A stretch of DNA of 64,000 bases from a virus (IMGVR_UViG_3300043620_000032:3069-67068); one strand, 5' to 3'; positions 54,553 through 63,060 are shown, counted from the stretch's first letter. Notes: generated by a model from the sequence alone, not told the origin. Made by a program: numbers and translations.

Positions 54553-54601
54553 GGGTTAACAGGCGTTTCTTAAGAAATTCTTAAGACTTGGCCGCTACAT
54601 C
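54553..54601. promoter_or_regulatory. Bidirectional CtrA-type promoter between portal and terS
   Basis: TTAA-GAAATTC-TTAA (54570-54584); TA exactly 11 nt away on each side (GCTACATC on +, TAACCC on -). Confidence 0.75.
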
Positions 54602-54607
54602 TCGGTC

Positions 54608-55192
54608 ATGGCAGATCTCAACGAGTCCCAGATGGCCGCGCTCGCGCGCGAGCTGGTCATGAACATCCGCAACTACAAAGAGACGTTCAAGCTCTTTGAG
54701 ATCGACGAGAACGACTACCAACGGATTGAAAAGAACGAATTTTTTCGCAAAGTGAAGGAGCATTTCACGCTCGAGTGGAATTCGACCCTCTCCACCGAAG
54801 AGCGTATCCGCTTTCAGAACCTGGCCTATTACGAGCAGCTCTCGCCGGTGCTGACCCGGCGCGCGATGGCACCGGATGCCAACCTGTCGGCCTCCACCGA
54901 CGTCGCCAAAGTGCTGATGAAAGGCGCTGGCATCGGCGAGGCCAAGAGCGAAAAGAGCAACGCCGAACGCTTTGTCATCACCATCAATCTGGGAGCCGAC
55001 GTCGACGGCAAAGAGATGGTCGAGCACTACGACAAGTCGATCGAAGTCAATGCCGACGACGTGCCACCAAAAGATATGCCGCCAACAACGGAAGAAGTCG
55101 CAGCAGACGCCAAGCTCTCGGCCGAGATCAAAGCCAGAGCCAAAGCCAAAACACTCGAGTTTCTCCCCACCGAAGACGACGATAAATCCTGA
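54608..55192 (+). CDS. terS: Terminase small subunit
   Basis: Helical N-domain, FVITINLG C-terminal motif, upstream of terL. Confidence 0.65.
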   Translation: MADLNESQMAALARELVMNIRNYKETFKLFEIDENDYQRIEKNEFFRKVKEHFTLEWNSTLSTEERIRFQNLAYYEQLSPVLTRRAMAPDANLSASTDVAKVLMKGAGIGEAKSEKSNAERFVITINLGADVDGKEMVEHYDKSIEVNADDVPPKDMPPTTEEVAADAKLSAEIKARAKAKTLEFLPTEDDDKS

Positions 55193-55335
55193 TGAAACAC
55201 TTCAAATATTGGCTCTGGGGCGTTGCCGAACAAGCCGACTGGGAGATGTGGCCACCACGCTGGTTCTGGCGCTGGTTGATCAAGAAAATGGACCGCGCCC
55301 ACGGTTGGCACCACATGGACTACGAGTACGATTGA
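55192..55335 (+). CDS. Trp-rich small protein (47 aa)
   Basis: Exactly fills the terS-terL gap; 8 Trp. Confidence 0.5.
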   Translation: MKHFKYWLWGVAEQADWEMWPPRWFWRWLIKKMDRAHGWHHMDYEYD

Positions 55336-56793
55336 ATGTCAGTCATTTTCACGGCACCACCGACCTTGGCCAGCTTCATGAAGAGCCAAGCGTTCGGCCG
55401 CATCGCTGCCGGCCCCGTGGGCTCGGGCAAGACCACCTGCTGCGTGATGGAGGCGCTGCGCCGCGCGATGGCACAGGCGAAGGCCCCTGACGGCTACAGG
55501 TACACCCGCTTCGCGTTCGTACGGCAGACGCTCAAGCAGCTCAAAGACACCGTGCTCAAAGACGTGCAGAGCTGGCTGGTAGGCCTGGGCGAATGGAAGG
55601 TGTCGGAGAACACCTATTATCTCGAATTCGCCGACGTCAAATCAGAGTGGATCTTCGTGCCGCTTGAAAATGCCGAAGATCAGTCCCGGCTGCTGTCCAT
55701 GCAATTGACGGGATCCTGGCTGTCGGAAGCCATCGAGATGAATTTTGACATACTCGCGCCGGTCTCTGGGCGCATTGGCCGCTACCCAAGCGGCAACCGC
55801 GGCGTCCCCAGCTGGTACGGCATCATTGCCGACACCAATATGCCAGTCGAACTCGGCGACTGGCACAAATTTATGACCGAACCCCCGCCGAACTGGCAGG
55901 TGTTCATCCAACCAAGCGGCATGTCGCCGGCCGCCGAGAATCTCAATTATCTGCTGCAGACCGAAGAGACCAAATCCCTTCCCTTCAATCACCCCGTACG
56001 GCTGGCCCAAGGCCGCAAGTACTATGAGCAATTTATCCAGATGTACGGGAGCGAGCACCCCTGGGTGAAGCGGTACGTTTACGCCCAGTACGGCGACGAC
56101 CCATCGGGGGAAGCCGTCTTCCGCGCAAGCTTTAAGCCAAGTTTCCACGTTGTGAGCGACACCCTTGTGATACCAGGCTACCCACTGATCGTGGGGCAGG
56201 ATTTCGGCCGTAATCCCTGGTCGGTGATTGGCCAGGTCGACCACCTCGGTCGGCTGCTGATCCATCAGGAAGTCCCCGGCACCAATATCGGACTGGAGAA
56301 GCACGTCGAGCAGAGCCTACGGCCGCAGCTTTTTAACAACAAGTTCATGGGTTCCAAAGTCATCCTGGTCGGCGATCCATCGGGCATTTCCAAGGGCACG
56401 ATCGCCGAGGAGACCTGCTTCGAAGCACTCAAACGTCTGGGTCTGCCAGCGTTCCCGGCACCAACGAATGATATCGATCCGCGACTGCGTGCGGTCGAAG
56501 CGTTGCTCGGTAAGCAGGTCAACGGTGGACCTGCTCTGGTCATCAACGGCACCGCCTGTCCCTGGCTGGTCCGCGCCATGAGTGGTGGCTACCGCTACAA
56601 GAAGCACAAGGACGGCGGCCTGCGCAGCGTGCCGGAAAAATTCGACAAAGAGGGCTTTTCCCATGTCGCCGACTGCCTACAATACATCGCGCTGGTGGTC
56701 CACGGCGGACTGGTCAGCGAGTTTGCCCGTCGGCTGGCACCGCGGTTCCGACCAGCAGAACGTCCTCGTATAACCGCAGCGGGATGGACGTGA
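55336..56793 (+). CDS. terL: Terminase large subunit
   Basis: Walker A GPVGSGKT, WLSE, VGQDFG, GDPSG, SHVADCLQY. Confidence 0.95.
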   Translation: MSVIFTAPPTLASFMKSQAFGRIAAGPVGSGKTTCCVMEALRRAMAQAKAPDGYRYTRFAFVRQTLKQLKDTVLKDVQSWLVGLGEWKVSENTYYLEFADVKSEWIFVPLENAEDQSRLLSMQLTGSWLSEAIEMNFDILAPVSGRIGRYPSGNRGVPSWYGIIADTNMPVELGDWHKFMTEPPPNWQVFIQPSGMSPAAENLNYLLQTEETKSLPFNHPVRLAQGRKYYEQFIQMYGSEHPWVKRYVYAQYGDDPSGEAVFRASFKPSFHVVSDTLVIPGYPLIVGQDFGRNPWSVIGQVDHLGRLLIHQEVPGTNIGLEKHVEQSLRPQLFNNKFMGSKVILVGDPSGISKGTIAEETCFEALKRLGLPAFPAPTNDIDPRLRAVEALLGKQVNGGPALVINGTACPWLVRAMSGGYRYKKHKDGGLRSVPEKFDKEGFSHVADCLQYIALVVHGGLVSEFARRLAPRFRPAERPRITAAGWT

Positions 56794-57056
56794 ACGAACA
56801 ATTTAAAATTAAGTGGCTGGACAGCGGGCGCGAACCGCAATGCCCACCCAACCCCGACTACCCCAACGGCATCGCCATCCCCTCCGCCCGCCGCGGTGCC
56901 GAGGGTTTCAGGTTCTGCACCGCCCAGCTGCCATACCCAGCAGCGCGCTGCGGCACCTACATTGTCGAATGCACGAAGTGCGGCATTCGCGTCGGTGTCA
57001 CCACCGCCGGCCGACCGGACGACCCGCGATCGGTGGAGCTGGACTGCCAGGGATGA
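56784..57056 (+). CDS. Cys-containing (Zn-finger-like) hypothetical protein
   Basis: C...C...CTKC; GRPDDPRS. Confidence 0.7.
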   Translation: MDVNEQFKIKWLDSGREPQCPPNPDYPNGIAIPSARRGAEGFRFCTAQLPYPAARCGTYIVECTKCGIRVGVTTAGRPDDPRSVELDCQG

Positions 57057-57080
57057 ACGGCGGGATGACGGGATGACGCC

Positions 57081-57254
57081 GTGACGCCAAGCAACATCAG
57101 CTGGGACGAGATCCTACGAATTATCGCCCAGCGGGTCGGCATCTCCGACCAGGCGGTCGAAGAGTTCCCCTGGCTGCGACGTTGGATGCGGCGGCATCGC
57201 GCGCACCTGCAGCGCAGCGAGTTCAAGATGGCCTGGTATTGGTACGATCAGTGA
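57081..57254 (+). CDS. Hypothetical protein (57 aa)
   Basis: GTG start; MTPSNISWDEILRIIAQRVG. Confidence 0.45.
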   Translation: MTPSNISWDEILRIIAQRVGISDQAVEEFPWLRRWMRRHRAHLQRSEFKMAWYWYDQ

Positions 57255-57360
57255 AGCATATGCTTTGGTGTGCTGGTGCTGGAAAAGGGCGGAAAACCCC
57301 CTGCAAGATTAATGAAGATATAACAAAATCAACAACATAAGGTAGGCAAAAGGGCGGGAA

Positions 57361-57801
57361 ATGCCGGAAAAACGCCAGTGCGGCAGCTGCTCGATGTGCT
57401 GCAAGATTCTGGCGGTACCCAACTTCGCCGGCAAGCCCTCACAACATCAGTGGTGCGCGCACGCGCGGCCGGGGTCTAGTGACGGCGGCTGTGCGATTTA
57501 CAGTTTACGCCCAGAAGAATGTCGAGCTTTCCGCTGCATGTGGCTGATCGACAAACAAATTCCTGATTACTGGAAGCCCGATAAGAGCAAGATCGTGATC
57601 TCCCCACACCTGGCCGAAAAGCAGGCCTATGTCGGGTTCGTGGTCGACCCGGCCTACCCCAACCGCTGGCGTGAGGAGCCCTGGTTCAGTGATATAAAAA
57701 CGATGGCAAAAGTGGGACTAAAAGGGATGGGTCGTTTTGGAGAGCAGAAGTGGACGACGGTGATTCTGGTCGGAGACGAGCGCATTCCGATCTTAAGTTG
57801 A
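57361..57801 (+). CDS. YkgJ-family Cys-cluster (Zn/Fe-binding) protein
   Basis: CGSCSMCC...WC...C-IY--RP-EC--F-C. Confidence 0.8.
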   Translation: MPEKRQCGSCSMCCKILAVPNFAGKPSQHQWCAHARPGSSDGGCAIYSLRPEECRAFRCMWLIDKQIPDYWKPDKSKIVISPHLAEKQAYVGFVVDPAYPNRWREEPWFSDIKTMAKVGLKGMGRFGEQKWTTVILVGDERIPILS

Positions 57802-57937
57802 ACTTGTCCCACTGTGCGACCTCGAGCGGCGCGTGAACATCAGCATACTGCCAGATCAACTCCATCAGCTGCCGCTGGGTGCAATCGCCAAGACGGGCGT
57901 GAACGCCCTTTTGCTTAGCGAGTTCGTCAGGATTCAT
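57686..57937 (-). CDS. Hypothetical protein
   Basis: Starts just after 57947 stop; tail overlaps YkgJ gene. Confidence 0.3.
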   Translation of the reverse strand: MNPDELAKQKGVHARLGDCTQRQLMELIWQYADVHAPLEVAQWDKFNLRSECARLRPESPSSTSALQNDPSLLVPLLPSFLYH

Positions 57938-57946
57938 CGGCAGGTC

Positions 57947-58513
57947 TCACATTTTTGCTCTAGGTGCCATGCGGTGGAAGATCATATCCATCACCTTGCG
58001 GCGATCGTTCGGACACATCTGATAGCCGTAGCCCCACACGGTCTCGACCACGATGCCGAACCGCAACATGCGCTGGCGCAGCCAGTACATATGCACGTCG
58101 ATGGTCTTGGTGGCGAGGTCAAAATGGGTCTTGGGCACCGATGAATTCTGCAGCAATACCAATAAGAACTCGGCTTGAGTTGGAGTCAAACCTAATATCT
58201 GCTGCACCGCAATATTGAGCGCCGACCGGTCTTGCAGCGCCAGATGCGACAACCGCAGCGCCCGCTGATGCAGAGCACGCTGGTGGAGCGCGCGCTGGTG
58301 CAGGGCGCGTTGATCGCGCGAGAACCCGGGAAACCAATCATCTCGTGGTAAATCAAACAGTTCGCCGGCATCGAGAGCGATCTGCAGGCGTTCACGCACC
58401 AGGTCGGACGACATCTTGATCGCGCGAGCGATCGCACGCAGGGGAACGCCTTCGTCCGCTAGACGAATCGCAATGTCGGGAAGGGGGTCCAGGGATTGTG
58501 CTGCGCATCCCAT
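57947..58513 (-). CDS. Transcription regulator: N-terminal HTH plus OmpR/CtrA-type winged-helix domain, no receiver domain
   Basis: GAGGG RBS; GVPLRAIARAI HTH; LTPTQAEFLLVLL...KTIDVHMYWLR...ETVWGYGY. Confidence 0.8.
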   Translation of the reverse strand: MGCAAQSLDPLPDIAIRLADEGVPLRAIARAIKMSSDLVRERLQIALDAGELFDLPRDDWFPGFSRDQRALHQRALHQRALHQRALRLSHLALQDRSALNIAVQQILGLTPTQAEFLLVLLQNSSVPKTHFDLATKTIDVHMYWLRQRMLRFGIVVETVWGYGYQMCPNDRRKVMDMIFHRMAPRAKM

Positions 58514-58789
58514 GACCCTCAATAGATCGATTCCATGTGATCGTCCAGAGGGATGCGTGGGGAAAAAGAGGGGCGGCAGTGCTGTGCCAGCCCCTTTGAG
58601 CAGGATCAACCATCACACAACCGGCAGCTCTCTACGACATCAGGGGCGATCTGTCGACCCCATGAACGGAGATGGAACGGTGCGGAGGTTTGCGGAGAGT
58701 TGCGGAATGTTCGAGACTGAGGTTGTTCCGTCACACACAAAGGAATTAGAAAATGAAAAATATCGAAGGTTTAAAATCGAGGCTGGATA

Positions 58790-59480
58790 TATGGCGGAGA
58801 CGAGCGGATAATTTTCAAACTCAAATTAACCAAAAAACCAAAATAATTAAAATGCTGCGGTTGGAAAATTATTATTTGAAGGAGGGAAATACCTGGTTGG
58901 AAAAAGAAAATGCATGAGGGGGGAGATTATTTTATTATTGCAGGAAATGGTATTTTAGTACCACAGGGTTTTTGGGGGATTCAATATTTCTAAGGTACTG
59001 GGGAAGAGTCGACGCGCAGCCGGCCGCCTGGCCACCCTCCGGGTGGGGTTGGGGGGTGGGGGTGCCCTGCGAGCGGGCCCGCGGTCCGACCGTAAATCCC
59101 TGCGAATTAGCTTCCCCCATACTTCCCCAAAATACCGAAAAATAATTAACTAATTGATATCATTACATTTTTATTTTTTATACCGCTGTCTACCAATCAG
59201 CGGCACGAGTCCGACCCTTGACTATGGCCGGTTTTGCTCGCTATCCCGAAAAAACTAAAAAATTAAAATACCTAATGAATTCAATGACTTAACAAGTTGA
59301 CCAGCTCACTATCCGTCGTTTTCTAAGAACATAGAGGCCCGCAGGACCCAATTGTGGCCATCCCACTAACAGAAATACCTATAATTATATATTCTTGTAA
59401 GGATAATATTATACCTCTATATAACTATATGATTCTAAAGGAAAATAAATTAAGTGAAATATTATTGCTCGAACTAGTTA
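58790..59480. other. AT-rich non-coding region (candidate origin or packaging region) with G-rich tract
   Basis: No credible ORF; A/T tracts; GGGTGGGGTTGGGGGGTGGGGG at 59041-59062. Confidence 0.6.
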
Positions 59481-59678
59481 CCACAGCTTACCAATCGTAG
59501 GCGCGCACAATCCACCCTCCTGCCCGACCGTCTGTACCTCCAAAACGACGGCTAATCAGATACCCAACAGGTTTTCCTTTTTCCCCCGACCCTGCCGTTT
59601 CTCGCGCCAATTGTCTGCGCCCGAAATAATTGTATAATGCATTGAATTCATTAGGGAAAAAATTATTTTTGCAATGTG

Positions 59679-59694
59679 GTTGACAAATGTCAAC
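59679..59694. promoter_or_regulatory. Palindromic operator GTTGACA-AA-TGTCAAC
   Basis: Inverted repeat containing TTGACA, upstream of early genes. Confidence 0.7.
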
Positions 59695-59749
59695 TAAAAT
59701 GCAATTTGTCTGCCTATAGTGAAACGCCAAACCAGAAAGGCAAACCACC

Positions 59750-59887
59750 ATGTTCCGATATGATCTAAATAAATGGAACGGCCCGCGGCTGATCCTAATT
59801 ACCGATGAGTCCTCAACCAAGCGCAGCAATATCCCATTGCTTGGAACCGTGGTGCTCCCAAGCGCAACGCAGAGCCACCAGTCATGA
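59750..59887 (+). CDS. Hypothetical protein (45 aa)
   Basis: GAAAGG RBS; ATGA overlap with next gene. Confidence 0.5.
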   Translation: MFRYDLNKWNGPRLILITDESSTKRSNIPLLGTVVLPSATQSHQS

Positions 59888-60411
59888 ACCGGGATCCAAT
59901 TTTCGACGGGCTCGACGACGACATGAGCGAATCTGGCAAAACGCCGGACCATATTCACGACGTCAATCACAGCGACATGCGCGGGCGCTTGCAGAATGCC
60001 GCAGACGCCACGCGATTCGTCCTTGCCGGCAAGGCCACGATCACTCTTCGATCGCAGAAAACCGGCAATCGCTTCACCTACAAAATATCCGCAGCTGAAA
60101 ACGGCGACGTCTTTTTTGTTGGTTTGCTCCGCGGGACCGACAACGAGTCCGACTATGCGTATTTGGGCCGGATCGCGCGCGGCATTTTTTGGCTTGGCCG
60201 GAAAATTCCGCGCGCTGGCGACATTTCCAAAGATGCGCCATCGGCCAAGGCCTTCGATTGGGCGTGGCGCGCGCTGGCGCGTGGCGTGCTGCCCGACCAA
60301 TTGGAAATTTGGCATGAGGGTGCCTGCGGCCGCTGTGGTCGCAAGCTCACAGTCCCTGAATCAGTGGCGCAGGGATTTGGGCCCGAATGCGTACGCAAAG
60401 TGGGAATTTAG
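59884..60411 (+). CDS. DUF6011-like protein
   Basis: GKATITLRS-KTG-RFTYK; CGRCGRKLTVPESVAQGFGPEC. Confidence 0.8.
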   Translation: MNRDPIFDGLDDDMSESGKTPDHIHDVNHSDMRGRLQNAADATRFVLAGKATITLRSQKTGNRFTYKISAAENGDVFFVGLLRGTDNESDYAYLGRIARGIFWLGRKIPRAGDISKDAPSAKAFDWAWRALARGVLPDQLEIWHEGACGRCGRKLTVPESVAQGFGPECVRKVGI

Positions 60412-60508
60412 CGCAACCAAAATAGGGGGGTCACCTACCTACCGGCCCCCCTCGCAAATCGCACCAGCGGGCTTCCTACCGGCCCGCAAACCAGAGGCAA
60501 ACGACAAA

Positions 60509-60733
60509 ATGAGCCGAAATATTCCAAAAGTCCGTATTTGGCGCGTGACCATGTTCTGGGATCAGTCCGACGGCACTACCATCCGCGAACGGCGTCATTA
60601 CTACGTGCACGCGCCCAATAAGCGATTTGCCTGGTGGAACGCGCGCGACGAAATATTGGCCGACGTCGGCGCGGCGCGCTTCATCGCTCGCGACCGTGTC
60701 ACCATTGGGCTTGTCCAAAAAATAATCGATTGA
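60509..60733 (+). CDS. Hypothetical protein
   Basis: GAGG RBS; 74 aa. Confidence 0.6.
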   Translation: MSRNIPKVRIWRVTMFWDQSDGTTIRERRHYYVHAPNKRFAWWNARDEILADVGAARFIARDRVTIGLVQKIID

Positions 60734-60742
60734 CTCTGCAAA

Positions 60743-60764
60743 TTGGTTGACATATGTCAACCAA
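60743..60764. promoter_or_regulatory. Perfect 22-bp palindromic operator TTGGTTGACATATGTCAACCAA
   Basis: Intergenic; contains TTGACA. Confidence 0.75.
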
Positions 60765-60798
60765 ACGCAACTACCAACCAAGACCGAAAGGCCACCAC

Positions 60799-61563
60799 AT
60801 GCAAATTCAAATCAACCACAACGCAAAAGCGCCAAATGCTGCGTTGGCGTTCTGGCACGAAGACACCGCGACCACTTACGCACTGCCAATGAATGCACCG
60901 CTTGCGCATTTAATCGCTGGCAGTATGGGCTTCCCCTCCAAGATGCCCGGTACCGCCTACGGTCTAAGCGCGCGGCGATGCATTACCGGATCAAAATTGG
61001 TCGCACTCAAAGGCACGGTATGCCACGGCTGCTATGCGCTCAAAGGAAATTACGTCTATTCCGACGTGATCCGCGCGCAAGAGATTCGATTCGCCGGCAC
61101 CAAGCACGCGCGCTGGTCCGAGTCGATGGCCTTCCTACTCAACGCCATGCATGGATTTATCCCGCGGCCGCGCGGCATGCGGCAGAAAAAAGTAAAAAGC
61201 AAAGGCTGGCATCGCTGGCATGACGCTGGCGACCTGCAGAGTGTACCGCATTTGGCCGCGATCTGCCGCGTCTGCGAGCTAACACCAAAGATTCGCCACT
61301 GGCTGCCAACGCGCGAAACGGCAATTTTACTCGCCTATATCAAGAACGGCGGAGTCATTCCCGACAATCTATTGGTGCGCGTAAGCGCCACTAAAGTGGA
61401 CGGCAAGGCCACTTCCACATGGTTGTGGACGTCTGGCGTGCACGACCAAATCGCGCCGGTAGCAGCCGAAAGATGCACCGCGCCCGACACCAACGGCGAG
61501 TGTGGCGCTTGCCGCAAATGCTGGAGTCACGACGTCAACCACACTACCTACCACTTGCATTGA
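60799..61563 (+). CDS. GP88-family protein (Cys-rich)
   Basis: SKMPG...C..GSKL...C..CYA.KG; RWHDAGD; HWLPTRE; CGACRKCW. Confidence 0.85.
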   Translation: MQIQINHNAKAPNAALAFWHEDTATTYALPMNAPLAHLIAGSMGFPSKMPGTAYGLSARRCITGSKLVALKGTVCHGCYALKGNYVYSDVIRAQEIRFAGTKHARWSESMAFLLNAMHGFIPRPRGMRQKKVKSKGWHRWHDAGDLQSVPHLAAICRVCELTPKIRHWLPTRETAILLAYIKNGGVIPDNLLVRVSATKVDGKATSTWLWTSGVHDQIAPVAAERCTAPDTNGECGACRKCWSHDVNHTTYHLH

Positions 61564-61632
61564 TTGCAGTGCATGCGCCCTACGGGACGCATGAGCGGCA
61601 ATCCGCCGATAACAAGCGAAAAGGAAAACCAC

Positions 61633-61893
61633 ATGTACACGCGAACGAACTTCAAAACGAAGAAGGCATTCAAGCAAGCCGTCGAGGCTTGGAACGACAC
61701 TGTTGCAAATGTTGACGATCATCCCGTCGGCGTGCCGTATGCACCCCCTGTCACCTACTTCCAGCCCGGTCCGTTCGGCGGCAATGAACCCCGCGACGGC
61801 GTGCTCTATTTCGAGGGCCCGCACTATCCGCAGCCGCATCGCTGGTACGCGCAAGCCGTTGCCAAAGACGGCGTGATCGTCAAGGTCAAGTGA
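61633..61893 (+). CDS. Conserved small phage protein
   Basis: MYT-TNFKTKK...QPGPFGG...EGPHYP-PHRWYA. Confidence 0.7.
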   Translation: MYTRTNFKTKKAFKQAVEAWNDTVANVDDHPVGVPYAPPVTYFQPGPFGGNEPRDGVLYFEGPHYPQPHRWYAQAVAKDGVIVKVK

Positions 61894-61894
61894 T

Positions 61895-62074
61895 ATGGAC
61901 CAATTGGCAAAATCGGAATGGCGCGCGTTTGTGGCGCAAGCCGTTCTAGCGTTTAGCGTGCTGGTCAATGTGCTGCTAGGCGTGGCGTTATATCAAACGG
62001 CCAGCGACTATGAATCCTTGCGCGTGTGGGCATGCGAGCAAGGCAATGGTGGTCACGAGTGCGGAGAGGATTGA
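61895..62074 (+). CDS. Single-TM small protein
   Basis: Hydrophobic segment plus C-terminal Cys pair. Confidence 0.55.
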   Translation: MDQLAKSEWRAFVAQAVLAFSVLVNVLLGVALYQTASDYESLRVWACEQGNGGHECGED

Positions 62075-62077
62075 GCT

Positions 62078-62359
62078 ATGACTCACAATTATAACGACGT
62101 CGCATCCGCGCGCTGGTGCATTGCCTACCACAGCGATAGCCGCAGCTCGCGCGCTAAAAAATGGTATCGCGTCAGCCGCATGGTCTATGCCGATGGCGGC
62201 TGGTTCGAGCTTTACTGGCACTCGGATTTGAATCTGCGCCGCAATAATGTGTTGGAGTTGCGCCGCGTGGCCGATGCCATGGGCTTGAACGTGTGGCCGG
62301 GTGTGTTCCGCGATCGCGCGCATCCACGCCGCGGCAGTGAAATGGAGCACGTACTATGA
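62078..62359 (+). CDS. Hypothetical protein
   Basis: GAG RBS; coupled to next gene. Confidence 0.6.
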   Translation: MTHNYNDVASARWCIAYHSDSRSSRAKKWYRVSRMVYADGGWFELYWHSDLNLRRNNVLELRRVADAMGLNVWPGVFRDRAHPRRGSEMEHVL

Positions 62360-62559
62360 CCGAGATGCAATTAAGAGCGACCATGACCGAAGCGGAAGAG
62401 CGCGCTTGGCTGCAGCGGGAAGCGCAACGCGACAAGGCGCAAAGTAACATCATACAAGTGGCGTTCTTTGTCCTGCTCGCGCTGCTATCGCTGTATGTCG
62501 GCGGCGGCGGTTATGGCCGCTACACTGCAGACGCCTACGATTGGATGGAATCGAAATGA
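62356..62559 (+). CDS. Single-TM small protein
   Basis: IIQVAFFVLLALLSLYVGG. Confidence 0.6.
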   Translation: MTEMQLRATMTEAEERAWLQREAQRDKAQSNIIQVAFFVLLALLSLYVGGGGYGRYTADAYDWMESK

Positions 62560-62783
62560 ACAAACAACATGAAGACGGTGGCCGGGTCTATACCAAAATC
62601 AGCCGCGCGATCGAAGGGGAATTAACAACCAACATCATCGGCGCTTGTGCCGCTGTCATTATCGATGCCATCGTCGACAGCGCCCCGAGTCTCGACATCG
62701 CGTTGAGCGCATTTGATGCTTTTGTACAGCTCACGCGCGAAAGGCTGGTGGAAGCTTGGAATACAGAAAATGAGGACGGTTGA
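62556..62783 (+). CDS. Hypothetical protein
   Basis: ATGA overlap. Confidence 0.6.
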   Translation: MNKQHEDGGRVYTKISRAIEGELTTNIIGACAAVIIDAIVDSAPSLDIALSAFDAFVQLTRERLVEAWNTENEDG

Positions 62784-62795
62784 CAATTGTCAACC
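62778..62795. promoter_or_regulatory. Palindromic operator GGTTGACA-AT-TGTCAACC overlapping a -35 box
   Basis: TTGACA then 17 nt then TATATG. Confidence 0.75.
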
Positions 62796-62844
62796 ATCCT
62801 ACTATATGAACAATTCTCAAACACACAACCAATGAAAGCACACC

Positions 62845-63060
62845 ATGAACGAGTTAGACCGCATCAAATTAAAAATCAAGGCGCTTGCCGCTAAGACCGT
62901 GTCCAACGGCTGCAGCGAGGAAGAGGCCTTGTCGGCCATGCTAGGCGTTGGCCGCTTGCTGTCGCAATACAATTTGAAGATGGAAGAGTGCGACGTCCGC
63001 AAGAGTCCATGTAAGACGCTGTTTATGGACATCAGTCGCGACTGGGTGATAAAACGATGA
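62845..63060 (+). CDS. DUF2786-like protein (short)
   Basis: KIKALAAKT...GCSEEEALSAM...LLSQYNL. Confidence 0.7.
   Translation: MNELDRIKLKIKALAAKTVSNGCSEEEALSAMLGVGRLLSQYNLKMEECDVRKSPCKTLFMDISRDWVIKR

Noticed and set aside
57309-57324. TTAA-TGAAGAT-ATAAC as a fifth CtrA box
   Set aside because: One half-site is mismatched, the spacer differs from the other four, and there is no TA -10 at the 11-nt spacing.
58416-58811. + strand ORF of 131 aa (or its 58662-58811 sub-ORF)
   Set aside because: Overlaps the regulator gene antisense; no motif or clear RBS.
59488-60315. 275-aa minus-strand ORF
   Set aside because: Mostly antisense to the DUF6011 gene and crosses the operator/promoter region; no recognisable motifs.
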